From Octopus bimaculoides (lineage: Eukaryota): a DNA stretch of 64,000 nucleotides. The position numbers were made by a program, and so were the translations under genes. The stretch lies in the NCBI RefSeq assembly GCF_001194135.2, contig NC_068998.1, positions 37,121,175-37,185,174 of the forward strand. The letters run 5' to 3'. Shown piece by piece: positions 11,561-25,328 of the stretch. Numbering within the stretch: the stretch's first letter is position 1; every line of letters starts with the position of its first letter. The notes beneath the pieces are model-generated. The model was not told the DNA's origin, made no database searches, and was given only the letters and a program-made list of their open reading frames with translations.

Positions 11561-13437
11561 NNNNNNNNNNNNNNNNNNNNNNNNNNNNNNNNNNNNNNNN
11601 NNNNNNNNNNNNNNNNNNNNNNNNNNNNNNNNNNNNNNNNNNNNNNNNNNNNNNNNNNNNNNNNNNNNNNNNNNNNNNNNNNNNNNNNNNNNNNNNNNNN
11701 NNNNNNNNNNNNNNNNNNNNNNNNNNNNNNNNNNNNNNNNNNNNNNNNNNNNNNNNNNNNNNNNNNNNNNNNNNNNNNNNNNNNNNNNNNNNNNNNNNNN
11801 NNNNNNNNNNNNNNNNNNNNNNNNNNNNNNNNNNNNNNNNNNNNNNNNNNNNNNNNNNNNNNNNNNNNNNNNNNNNNNNNNNNNNNNNNNNNNNNNNNNN
11901 NNNNNNNNNNNNNNNNNNNNNNNNNNNNNNNNNNNCTCTTCACACGCACAGTTATACATCTGTAATGACTCAGCAAAAACGGAGAGATAAACTTTTAATA
12001 TTTTCATAAAATACATTTACATATATACATGTGTTTTTGTATGTGTGTGTGTGTACAGATGTACACACACGCACATATGCGCGTATATATACTATGTATG
12101 TCGTATGCATTAATATGCGTAGAAGTTTGTGTAGCAATGATATTAATGAATAAATCATAAAAGTCCAGGAATAATAAATAACTTTCTACAAATTAGTCAT
12201 GTCAAGAAAAGTACTAAAGTTTGAATGTTAATCAAACTTCAATCAATTTTTCAGATATTGATGCGTGAAATATAGTTCACTAAACTAATTATAGAAAATA
12301 TCGAAAAGTCTTAAGTTAACCAGAAATGAAACAAAAATCCCAAAATATATTCTGTTTCTTCTTTTTTTTTTTAATCTCACTTTACGTCTATTTTCAAAGG
12401 GAATTTATTAATTTTTATCATTAATCTACTGAATGTGCGTTGCTTATTTGTTAGCACGTTAAGCGTTTTATGGTCGTAACACCGTGAGTTCGATTCTTGA
12501 ACTGAGCGACGTGTTATATCCTTCAGTATATATTTGTATGGTTTCCTTTGCTTTATTTCATCTAGTTTAAAATTTATAGTAAAAGCAGACGCTGGGTTTA
12601 ATCAGGCAATGCCCTATCGCGTTATCCTGGGAGGTTTTCAGGGGAGAACTAGCGACCGCCCGGCACGTTTTTTTTTTCTGCTACAGACGGGCGATTGTTA
12701 TAATTCGAGCTGCACCAATGACTAATTGCTGTTGTGCTCTTACGAGTAAGATAACTGTTTGACAGAACTGTTAGATTATCACTTAAACTGTCTTGCGATG
12801 TTTGATTATACTGCTTAAATTTTCTATTTCGAAATATCCGATGTCTTCTTTTAATCCTTCTGGACTCGATGAAATTATTATCATTAATTCTGTCTTAACG
12901 ACGGAAGCAGTATTAGTTCAAAATACCATTCTGCACACCGTGCTTAACGTGTCTATTGTATATAGTCAGAAATCCGCGGTGTTCTTATCGAGACAGCATA
13001 TTGCACAGGGTATAATGCTAAGAAGCACAAAAGTATATCAGTAGTAAAGGTAAAACTTCCGGCTGCAGTGGTGACATTATTACATGTAGTTTTCTGCTGC
13101 TAAATAAGATATATTGAATGCTCTTTTGAACTGATACTGCTAATAAAGAATTTCAGACAGCCTGCCGGCTATTTGTGACATCAATGATTTGATAAACATT
13201 TTTCTGTATCAGTATAGATTGAATTGTCTAAGCTTCGATTATTAACATTATTCTGTTCGCCCCGAAGAAGCGTTTATAAAAGGAATCCCCTCCTAAATTT
13301 TGATTGCATCAATTTTACTAAAAATTAAAAATTATTTGTGAGGTTTTTTTTTTTATTTNNNNNNNNNNTTCCCATTTACTCTATTATTTTTGGATAGATA
13401 TTATTTTCCTCCTTAGTTATTTGTAATCAGTTTTGAG

Positions 13438-13690
13438 GGCGTATGGCGTAGTGGTTAGGGTGTTGCACTCACGATCACGACATTAGGATTTCAATTCCTG
13501 GACCGGGTGATGCATTGTTTTCTAGAGCGAAATACTTCATTTCATGTTCCTCTGCGATCGCTTTGGCACCTGACGTGTGGTACATCGTGCACCTGTTCAG
13601 GCAACGTTGATTTTCTTAGGGCCAGTGAGCTAATGTACAGTACATACATTTGATCACTATAAACAAATCATTTGTGCAGGTTATTCACTA
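13438..13690 (+). mobile_element. SINE-C (third tRNA-derived family)
   Basis: tRNA-like head ggcgtatggcgtagtggttagggtg...ttcaattcctgg, followed by a non-tRNA body. Confidence 0.65.
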
Positions 13691-14380
13691 TGAACTGATT
13701 GAACCGTCGTTTTTGGACTACGAGAGACTACAATCGTCATCACCATTTTTAATGTACACACATTTTTCGCAGACATCCCTTCGTGTCTCAGAGGTGTTTA
13801 ACATCAGTAGTCTCCAAGTTGTAGGCTACCATTTATAACATAAAGCTGGAAGTCCTACGTTTAAGGGTAGTATCTCAATCAGAAATCCAGCCTTCGCCAT
13901 AGATTTATTTTCCTGAGGTATATCGACACCATTTCACAGTATTTTCTTTGACATCATGAAGTAACATGTCTCAACCGAGACGGTTGCAGATTTCTGATTC
14001 ACTTAGTGCTTACTTCGTGTGCAATAGCAATCACTTTAATGATATATTAGTTTAACGGTGAGTGAATTTCTTACATAGAGGCGTATATGGTCATTTACCC
14101 AAAGCACATGCATGCGCATGAGGAGAGATTTGGTTCTTCAATCGAAAAGACAAACAAGAAAATATATATTTACAGTGCTTCTTCGACGCTGGGCACAAGA
14201 AGTATACGATCGGAAAATGACTTCCTCTGTCTTGTTTTACCTGGATTTCATTATATTTTACAAATGAAATCCATACTGAGATGTGAAGCTCGTAGATGTA
14301 CCAATAATTTGTCTTAGTCCTAGTTTTTCTTCAAACACATAGAAATAATGTTAACGGAGCGGCTGTGGCAGTGATATAGG

Positions 14381-14575
14381 CAGAGACGTAGCTGTGTGGT
14401 TAGTTTACTTCCCAATCTTGTGGCTCGTGGTTCAGTCCCATCGTGTGGCACATTGGGAAGATGCGTTCTACTGTAGCTCCGAGTCAACCAAATTCTTATG
14501 AGTGGATTAGGTAGACAGAAACTGAAACAAGCCTGTGCTATTCATACGTATGTATGTATGTATGTACATGCATAT

Positions 14576-14658
<83 letters not shown>

Positions 14659-15243
14659 TGTGTCTGGGGAGAGTCATTTTCTTATTGTGCCTTAAAATTT
14701 AATACACTCACCGNNNNNNNNNNNNNNNNNNNNNNNNNNNNNNNNNNNNNNNNNNNNNNNNNNNNNNNNNNNNNNNNNNNNNNNNNNNNNNNNNNNNNNN
14801 NNNNNNNNNNNNNNNNNNNNNNNNNNNNNNNNNNNNNNNNNNNNNNNNNNNNNNNNNNNNNNNNNNNNNNNNNNNNNNNNNNNNNNNNNNNNNNNNNNNN
14901 NNNNNNNNNNNNNNNNNNNNNNNNNNNNNNNNNNNNNNNNNNNNNNNNNNNNNNNNNNNNNNNNNNNNNNNNNNNNNNNNNNNNNNNNNNNNNNNNNNNN
15001 NNNNNNNNNNNNNNNNNNNNNNNNNNNNNNNNNNNNNNNNNNNNNNNNNNNNNNNNNNNNNNNNNNNNNNNNNNNNNNNNNNNNNNNNNNNNNNNNNNNN
15101 NNNNNNNNNNNNNNNNNNNNNNNNNNNNNNNNNNNNNNNNNNNNNNNNNNNNNNNNNNNNNNNNNNNNNNNNNNNNNNNNNNNNNNNNATGCTTCAACAC
15201 ACGAAATCACATAAAAAAATCTTGCAAACCAAATCCCCAAACG

Positions 15244-15286
<43 letters not shown>

Positions 15287-15527
15287 CATACACACACACA
15301 CAAATATGTGTGTATGTGTGCTTGTCCTTTACCATAGCTTGACGACTGTCGTTGGTTGGCTTAGGTCCCATAACCGCTACGTTATAGAAGTAATAGAATA
15401 AGTAACAGGCTTGAAAAAGAATAACAAAAAGAAGTAGTGGTGAAAATCTGTTTCGATTACAAACCTTCTATGCAGCGCCCCAGCATGGCCGCAGACCAAT
15501 GACTGACACAAGTAAAAGATAAAAGAT
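14381..15527 (+). mobile_element. SINE-B split at its internal microsatellite by a nested element and a gap
   Basis: 5' half 14381-14545, (CA)n(TA)n, nested ctgttgtgtc... element from 14655, gap, then 3' half 15310-15527 ending cagcatggccgcag...acaagtaaaagataaaagata. Confidence 0.7.
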
Positions 15528-16053
15528 ACTATACTTTTGGGCGCCAAAAAAAAAAAGGAATGACTGAGAGAAAAGTGGAGACAGAAACAGAATGAAAAGC
15601 AGTGAGACAGACAGTGAGACAATAAGTATTAAAGATGAAAAAGAGGAAGAGTGGGAGAATTGCAGTTTGTGGAATGGAGTAGGAGTGACGTAGATTATGA
15701 ACGACGGATATACAAAAGTTGATTTGTGACTATAATTTTATATGTACATACTAAACAGTGGTTGTAATACTGATGTTATACAAAATGGCTTCTCCAAGAA
15801 GTAATTGTTGAAGTAGCCCTCCAACTGTGTTCTACGAATAATAAACAAACTTCAAAGAATCTTGTGGAAGCGTTTTAAGACTGTTGCATAGATATACATA
15901 TAAACACACTGATACGTATACAGACACGAAGATGCACACGTATACGTGCATAGATACATACATACGTTCATGTATATACATACTTACATGCATAGATATA
16001 TACAAACTTAAATATATGCATATACATACTTACATACATATATAAGTATATAT

Positions 16054-16092
<39 letters not shown>

Positions 16093-17235
16093 NNNNNNNN
16101 NNNNNNNNNNNNNNNNNNNNNNNNNNNNNNNNNNNNNNNNNNNNNNNNNNNNNNNNNNNNNNNNNNNNNNNNNNNNNNNNNNNNNNNNNNNNNNNNNNNN
16201 NNNNNNNNNNNNNNNNNNNNNNNNNNNNNNNNNNNNNNNNNNNNNNNNNNNNNNNNNNNNNNNNNNNNNNNNNNNNNNNNNNNNNNNNNNNNNNNNNNNN
16301 NNNNNNNNNNNNNNNNNNNNNNNNNNNNNNNNNNNNNNNNNNNNNNNNNNNNNNNNNNNNNNNNNNNNNNNNNNNNNNNNNNNNNNNNNNNNNNNNNNNN
16401 NNNNNNNNNNNNNNNNNNNNNNNNNNNNNNNNNNNNNNNNNNNNNNNNNNNNNNNNNNNNNNNNNNNNNNNNNNNNNNNNNNNNNNNNNNNNNNNNNNNN
16501 NNNNNNNNNNNNNNNNNNNNNNNNNNNNNNNNNNNNNNNNNNNNNNNNNNNNNNNNNNNNNNNNNNNNNNNNNNNNNNNNNNNNNNNNNNNNNNNNNNNN
16601 NNNNNNNNNNNNNNNNNNNNNNNNNNNNNNNNNNNNNNNNNNNNNNNNNNNNNNNNNNNNNNNNNNNNNNNNNNNNNNNNNNNNTATATATATATATATG
16701 TACTTCTGTTTAAGTTGTTATATTGCTGGAAATAAACATTAAATATTGAAGGAAATAATACATGAATACTGTAGAATCACGGTTGACTTCCTGTTGTATA
16801 ATTAAATATAAATCTGCATTTAATAGACAGTTATGCCATTCGGAAATATATATAACCATCTACTTTGTCATCTTCAACTTGTCATTGACCACCACAACAG
16901 TTTCTATAGAATAAAATCTAGATGATATTTGCTTTCCTATATCGTTCACCAATAGCTTTCTGCCCTTGAGAATTCTTAGTGGTGGCCATGTTCAATGGAA
17001 TATACGTATTGGTTTCAAATTTTGCTAGAAGGCCAGCAAGTTCAAGAAATGGAGAAAGTCGATTACATCACTCTCTCCAAGTGAGTACTTGATAAAAGAA
17101 AGTGTGTAAATAAAAATTATTGAAGAGGGGTACTGCTTATCTATTTCTGTATAATGGTGTAGACGTTTAAATTTTTCAGAAACTCTTCGGTGGAAAGATG
17201 CCACAAGATCTTTTATAGCATCGAGTAAACATCGA

Positions 17236-17795
<560 letters not shown>

Positions 17796-20179
17796 GTTGT
17801 TTTTGTTTCTAATCTAGGCGCAAGGTTGACAATTATATATGATGTTTATCACTATTTTTTTTTTGTTTTTGACATGAACTTTCCTAACACAAACGAAATA
17901 TTTCAACAGTAATCTCATCCAGTACATCAATGACTCTCTATAGATGAATTCTGTCAGCTAAGCTTTTGTGAAGTGTAAATGATAGATAGATATTATTTTG
18001 TATTCCAGAAACGAGCAATATTTGTCAGCGAAAAGCATATTGTATTTATCGAGCTCAAAATATCGGTCGGTACTTATTTTATCAAACCTAGATGGGCGGG
18101 CAACAGTGGCCTCAATGAGAATTACTGCGCATGGTCAGGAATTTATTATAGGAAGTAAATGACTATGTGATATCCATACGTGTCTGTCTGATGTAGCAGT
18201 GGTATGAGTTAAGTGAATTAGCTTCATCCAAGATTTGAAACCAGATTCTTCAGTCAGATTGGTTGAAACTTTCTCCTTGGCTTTCAGTGCTTGCTACCAT
18301 CACAAAGAAACTACTATAGCCATGTTACTATGATGACTCTCTCAATTAAAGGGACTAGTTTCTAGAAAGTGTAGATAATTCACTTATTCATTGAACTATC
18401 ACACATTCTCTTGCGTTTCATTTAAGTCAAAAAATCTAATATGAATAACAAGAATGTTCAGCCAGACATTGATTGTATCAATGTAATCAATAACATATCC
18501 GTGATATAGTATCATTGTTACTGTATCAGTGGATATCCTCTATCGATCGGCAAGGGAACAAAAAAGGTGGTGGAATCCCCTATTCATTGTGAACATTTCT
18601 ATCAAGAACACCAGGCTGAAATATATAGATTTTTCCGAATGTATACAAGCAAAAATAGAAACACTATTGAATGAGAAACTCTGCAAACTTAGATTTCGGT
18701 AAAAAGAAAATGGTAGAAAAGATTGTTGCGACTGAAGAGAGCTTCGAGTATCTGGAAACAATTACGTTACCATGCATCGACAAAAGATCAACTTTGTCAA
18801 TTTGTTGTTTAACGATTCTGGAGTCATTTGCGAATAAATCATTAAATCGATATTGGTTTCTTTCATAACAGAAACTAGATGCGAAAGACCCAAGTGAATA
18901 AGTTATTGGACTACCATCTCATAGGTCAGTTATCCATATTCGATGAAGTGGTTTCGTTGTGTTGGTTTGAACGGGGCATTTTATTCAGCATACTTCCGTC
19001 TATTAAACAATTGCATTGTAGATCCCTGGGAAAATTATTTGCAATATAACAACAGTTCGCAAAACACTAGAGTATCTTTTATCATTTGAATACTGTTTAA
19101 TACTAGAGAAACAGCATTTAAGTAGCACATTTGTTAACGTACTTGTGAATTCTCGAAAGGATTCGTTTTAACTTACATTACAGCAAATACTATGGTATAA
19201 CTTAGTAATTGAACCTCAGTATTCAACTGGCTTATTCTTAATTGATACAGACAGATTAACAAAAATTCGTTCTTAGAAAATATAGCTTTTTTTGTACATG
19301 TGAACTAATTCATTGGTACATTGTATGTCAGAGGNNNNNNNNNNNNNNNNNNNNNNNNNNNNNNNNNNNNNNNNNNNNNNNNNNNNNNNNNNNNNNNNNN
19401 NNNNNNNNNNNNNNNNNNNNNNNNNNNNNNNNNNNNNNNNNNNNNNNNNNNNNNNNNNNNNNNNNNNNNNNNNNNNNNNNNNNNNNNNNNNNNNNNNNNN
19501 NNNNNNNNNNNNNNNNNNNNNNNNNNNNNNNNNNNNNNNNNNNNNNNNNNNNNNNNNNNNNNNNNNNNNNNNNNNNNNNNNNNNNNNNNNNNNNNNNNNN
19601 NNNNNNNNNNNNNNNNNNNNNNNNNNNNNNNNNNNNNNNNNNNNNNNNNNNNNNNNNNNNNNNNNNNNNNNNNNNNNNNNNNNNNNNNNNNNNNNNNNNN
19701 NNNNNNNNNNNNNNNNNNNNNNNNNNNNNNNNNNNNNNNNNNNNNNNNNNNNNNNNNNNNNNNNNNNNNNNNNNNNNNNNNNNNNNNNNNNNNNNNNNNN
19801 NNNNNNNNNNNNNNNNNNNNNNNNNNNNNNNNNNNNNNNNNNNNNNNNNNNNNNNNNNNNNNNNNNNNNNNNNNNNNNNNNNNNNNNNNNNNNNNNNNNN
19901 NNNNNNNNNNNNNNNNNNNNNNNNNNNNNNNNNNNNNNNNNNNNNNNNNNNNNNNNNNNNNNNNNNNNNNNNNNNNNNNNNNNNNNNNNNNNNNNNNNNN
20001 NNNNNNNNNNNNNNNNNNNNNNNNNNNNNNNNNNNNNNNNNNNNNNNNNNNNNNNNNNNNNNNNNNNNNNNNNNNNNNNNNNNNNNNNNNNNNNNNNNNN
20101 NNNNNNNNNNTATATATACATGTGTGTGTGTTTGTGTATGTGTGTGTGTATTTGTGTGTTTGCATGTATTTTTGTGTTT

Positions 20180-20383
20180 GTGTTAGTTCCCCGTTACCAC
20201 CACCACTTAAACGATTTTGATTTGTTTACACCTTCGTAACTTAGCGGTTTGACACATGACACTGATAGAACAAGTAAAAAAAAATCCCTTAAGATACGTA
20301 CTTGGGTCGATTTGTTAGACTTAATGTTTTAAGACGTTGCTCCCGTATGACCGCAGTCTAAAGACAAGCAAATAAAAGATAAG
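20180..20383 (+). mobile_element. SINE-B 3' half (5' half in gap)
   Basis: gtttacaccttcgtaacttagcggtt...gggtcgatttg...gaccgcagtc...ataaaagataag after (TG)n. Confidence 0.65.
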
Positions 20384-20885
20384 GTGATTTATAACCAAGA
20401 TAATTCAAAGTACGCGATGATATGGACCAAGTTCGTTAAGTGCCGGCCTTGTACAACCTGTAAACTCATTTAAACAATGGTTAATATATCTAAGACAGGA
20501 AGCATTAAAAGCGGACGAGAAATTCTTAGTCAATGATTAATATTATTATCTTTCTTTTTTACTGGAGACAATTTCAAAGATATTTCGGTACTATTTGGCA
20601 TCCTCACTGAAGCATAGACTTCATCTTACGAGCAAAAGAAGTGAAGAAATAAAAATCAATTAATTAAGTATACGATATTATAGGCTTGTTGAAGGAGAAA
20701 ATTAGAATGCTCCGAGCACACATTACTCAGAAATGCCATAATGTTTGATCTTTGTAGAAGTTCAATATGAAATAAGAAAATTCAACTTATTTTTTTCATA
20801 GAAAAATTCATCAGAATATATTTCTACTCGCAACAGATGAGAATACCAAAATATATGAGAATATACTGCTATTATTAACCGAATT

Positions 20886-21435
20886 TAAAGCAGTGAGTTA
20901 GCAGAATCCTTAGCACGCCGGATAAAGTGCTGAGCAACATTGCGTGCGTCTTTACGTTCTGAGTTTAGATTTCACCAAGTTCAGCTTTCGCTTTCATGCT
21001 TTTGGGGTCGATAAAATAAGTACCAGTTCTGCCCTGGAATCGATGTAATCGACTTACTCCTCCCCTGAATTTGCTGGCCTTAAGCCAAAGCTTGAAATCA
21101 TGATTAACCGAATTAAGGCGGCGAACCGGCAGACTTGTCAGCGCGTCGTTCAAAATGCTAAGCGACATATTATCCGGCTATTTATGTCCTGAGCTGAAAT
21201 CCTGCTAAAGTCAATGTTGCCTATCATCTTTTCGGGGTCGGTAAAATAAGTACCAGTTATGTACTGCGGCCATTATAATTGATTTGACCTCTGAAAATTC
21301 CTGTTCTTATGCTAAAATTAGGAAGACTTAATATCCCTCGAATTTTTACTCGATGTTCAAATCCCACCGATGTCAGCTTTACTGGTTGGTATTTCGGGGT
21401 CGATAAATAAAGTACTACTACACTACTGAAGTTGA
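20886..21435 (+). mobile_element. Tandem SINE-A copies (20886-21102, 21116-21330, fragment 21340-21435)
   Basis: ggggtcgataaaataagtaccagtt-like core three times. Confidence 0.8.
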
Positions 21436-21827
21436 TTCTTCTTTCTCACTAATCACCACTCTTTCTATCTCTCTCTCTCTTTCTCTCTCTCTCGCATGCA
21501 CACACACGCACACACACACTTTGTATCAGTAATCCAAAAATCTGGCATTGTTCCAATGTATCAGGAAGATTCCTGAGAATTTCACTAAAAGTACACACGT
21601 CTATGGAATAATCACACACTCACACGTTATTTCTACGAGTTGGTCAAACAAATGAATACTCACCGTTGCAACCGACGGAAAAACTAAATCATTATTCTCC
21701 ACTGTTACACTGGGAGTATCATTCCAGCCGGATAAGGAAGAGTTTATAAGATCTACGTATTATTCAGACAACATGGTATTTGGTCGCTTTGCCGAAGGTC
21801 ACGCCTAGTCACGCAAATATATTTTTT

Positions 21828-21990
21828 TTCTACTATAGAAATATTGGAAGCGGAGAGCTTGTCGATTACATTGACGCCATTGCTCACCTGGTACTTATTT
21901 TACTGACCACGAATGGATGCAAGGCAAAGGTAACTTCGGCGGAATTTGAACTCCAAGTATAAAACCGGAAGAAAGGACTTTACCAGCTCG
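21828..21990 (-). mobile_element. SINE-A copy
   Basis: gtcgattacat, ctggtacttatttt, ggcggaatttgaactc, ccagctcgc. Confidence 0.75.
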
Positions 21991-22528
21991 CAAAATTATA
22001 ATTGAATGCGTCCCCGTCTGTTATTAAAGCCAAGTCTTCATCGCCCAACGTATTTAACTATTTTAAAGACAGTAAGTTTTGATTTTAAAGGATTTCTATG
22101 TTCTTTCTAGCAAGACAAACAGCCGTGTAGATGATCCTATGTGAATACGACAACATTGATCGGGATTAAGAAATGTTTCTTAATACTTTCACCATTAAAT
22201 ATGTTGATTCTCAATCAATTCAGATAAGCTCTTTTCGCAGTAACCTTTTTGAGTGGATCATACAAGGAATAATGTAAAAATAATAAGTTTATTCCAATAC
22301 AGGACTGGGATTTTTCCTATATGAGGGAAGTAGTCTCTCTACACAGTGGTATGGTTTGGTATGAAATAACTGTCAAATCGTCCTCACATTACACTCTGCA
22401 GTCTTTCTGTTTTTTAAGAAAGGATTACACTAAACAAAAGAGGAGCCAGACTAAAACTGTAATTCTTTTTACCATACGTGTACTCAATCAGAGCTGACGA
22501 CTGGCTAACAAAACAAAAGAATCATCAT

Positions 22529-22559
<31 letters not shown>

Positions 22560-23092
22560 AACAACAACAACAACAGCAACGCCTTCAATCATTTCAACAA
22601 CAATTAAAAATAAATAATTGTTCCAACAATTATAAAAATATATTGAGATATTTAATTTCAGTACAGAGAGAGGAGGAAGAAGGAGAGGGAGAGAGAAGAG
22701 GAGAGAGGGAAAAGGGAAAGTGGGAGGAAAGGAAGATAAAGAGTAAAAACGAAATGTCTTCCAATATCACATGTCTGTGGATGTAGGCAGATTTAAAACA
22801 AGAATCTCTCCCAAGTAAACACAAACATTTTTCAGTGATTTAATGTGTCGGATTTATTTGCATGCGCAAGCGCCTGTATATATGTGCACATATGTGAATG
22901 TGTGTGTGTGTATGAGTGTGCGTGTGTGCGCGTGTATGAGTGTCTGTATGTGTGTGTGAGTGAATGTGTGTATATGTGTGTATGAGTGTGTGTCTGTACG
23001 TGTGTGTGTGTGACTCTGTGTGTGTGTGTGTATGTGACTCTGTGTGTGTGTGTGCGTGTGTGTGTGTCTGTGTGTGTGTGTGNNNNNNNNNN

Positions 23093-23132
<40 letters not shown>

Positions 23133-24280
23133 TGAGTTTTGTAGCGAGCGCGTGTATTTAATTTCAGTATTACTATTAGATTAACAATAAATACGGCAAT
23201 ATAGTATTAAATAACAACTAAATATACGTTATTTACAGTGACATATTAGTGTTAAGTTCCTGAAATTTACTTTTCAAATGCAGGCTTAATTACTCGGTGT
23301 TAAGTTGCAGTTAATTTTCCCACTAACGTCACAGTTCTGGAAGCAGATTCGGAATCCTGGTTTTCTAGAGATTATAGGGAAGGGAATTACATCTTGCCAT
23401 GCACAAAACTCTAGTTTACCACAGGATAACACTGTGCAACAAAATTCTAATTTATTATTATTATTTCTTTTTTTGGTCGTTGACCAGTAAGTGTTATTTT
23501 CTATTTGTCAGTAACTGTTATTTGCTATTTGCTATTTGCTTTTATCTAGAAATCAAAGGAAGTGACTACTATTCCCTTCAAACTTTGCTTTTGTGACCTG
23601 GACATCAATGTTTCAACAGTGACCTATTTTCCATTATATTTTAGACAGAATCATGCTTGACCTAAACCTTTTCACCATGTCACTTAGTGGCTGACAATAC
23701 GTGCATCTCTGATTATGAGCAGGATCGTGGGGGAGCATTATAACCATGTGTTGAGAGAGATTCTTTGTGGTTCGAATAAATGTAACGAAAGCAAAGTTCG
23801 AAGGAAATGTTAGCCATTTCTCATAATTTCTAGGAATAAGCAAACAGGAAATAATTGCCACCCAAGGACAAAAATTGTGTCAGACAGTGTAATTTCTGCA
23901 GATATAAGTGTGCCTATCTATTTATATCAAATAGTTAAGTACCACAGCAACATGCAAAGTAAAAAAACTCTCAGCTGGTGATTTAATACCGTATCAATTC
24001 GGCCGTTTATTCCCTGCTTTGGGAGTTAAATTATGTAAGATATAGCTGACAATCTTCTTGGAATAAATTTAAGTGTATGGATGTATGCGCGCGCGCATAT
24101 GTATGTGAGAGAGAGTGAAATGGGGAGAGAGGGAGGGAGAGAGACAGTTTGCTTTAGTTTTCGTTTTTGAGTTTCCTACAAATGAAGGAAAGTATCTAAT
24201 TTATTCAAATACATGATTCTTATCTTACTATGTTGACGTCAACTTGGTAGTCGTGTTTATTTGTGTATGTGTGTATGGAT

Positions 24281-24311
<31 letters not shown>

Positions 24312-24678
24312 CGTGAGTGTGTGTATGTGTGTGTGTGTTTGTGTCTGCGTGTGTCTATGCGTTTATGTGTGTATGCATGTATATATTATGTATGTAATAC
24401 GCTAATATGAATATGAGCATTAACGTAAGTTCTCGTATACACAGGCATGTCAAGTATGCATGTATGGTTGTCACTGAATTTGTGGATCTGTGAATTATTG
24501 ACTTACGTAAGTGCACACATTGACATGTTTGTATGACTAACTATGTGTATATGCTGCCCATACCTGTCTGACAAAGCTGCGCAAATGTACACACACACAC
24601 ACAAACAAACAAACAAACACACGCATCGTTTCCTATACAGACACATATAGGTATATCTGTATTCATATATATATATAT

Positions 24679-24741
<63 letters not shown>

Positions 24742-25178
24742 TAGATATATATATATTTACATATATACATATTTGTCCGTATGTGTTGTAATCGTATATA
24801 TCGTTTGTACCTTTGCATTTATATATGGCATACGATATTTGTAGGTATTAATGTATATACTATTTTAATTACTTGTGTGAATTCTTCCGTGTACGTATGC
24901 ACATATCTTTTCAAGAGAATCAAATGGTGAGACTTTATAATATTTTACAATTTTTCATTGAATGGATGACGAGGTTTCTACATAATCTTTTCCGTTTTTT
25001 TTAATTTCCGTTCTTTGCTACTATTTTCCAGAAAAATGTAGCATCTCCTTACTGCAAAAACCCTTTCTGACATAATTCACTGCATCATTGATATTAAATA
25101 TACAAAAAGAAATTTAATGTATGTGGAAATACAATACCATTTTATTGATTTAACTCTTTCCTTTTTTTTTACTTACAG

Positions 25179-25328
25179 CTGCTGGCAAATGGCTTGTTCT
25201 TCGCCTGCGTAAACGTGGCTGGGATATTTATCCATAATCTCACGGATCGTACCCAGCGGAAGACCTTCTACGATACGAGGAACTGTATTGCTGCACGGCT
25301 TGAGATCGAGGACGAGAATGAAAAACTA
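25179..25328 (+). CDS. rut: Adenylyl cyclase exon A (last TM helix of M1 and coiled linker), 150 nt, phase 0-0
   Basis: Polypyrimidine tract then acttacAG at 25177-25178; 50 open codons; donor GTAAGG at 25329. Confidence 0.92.

Noticed and set aside
13438-13510. tRNA gene (also SINE-A, -B and -D heads)
   Set aside because: A- and B-box-like motifs are present, but there is no complete cloverleaf or terminator, and each continues into a repeated SINE body.
22478-22786. Poly-His/poly-Gln transcription-factor-like ORF
   Set aside because: (CAT)n(CAG)n(CAA)n microsatellite plus a purine tract; no domain or splice support.
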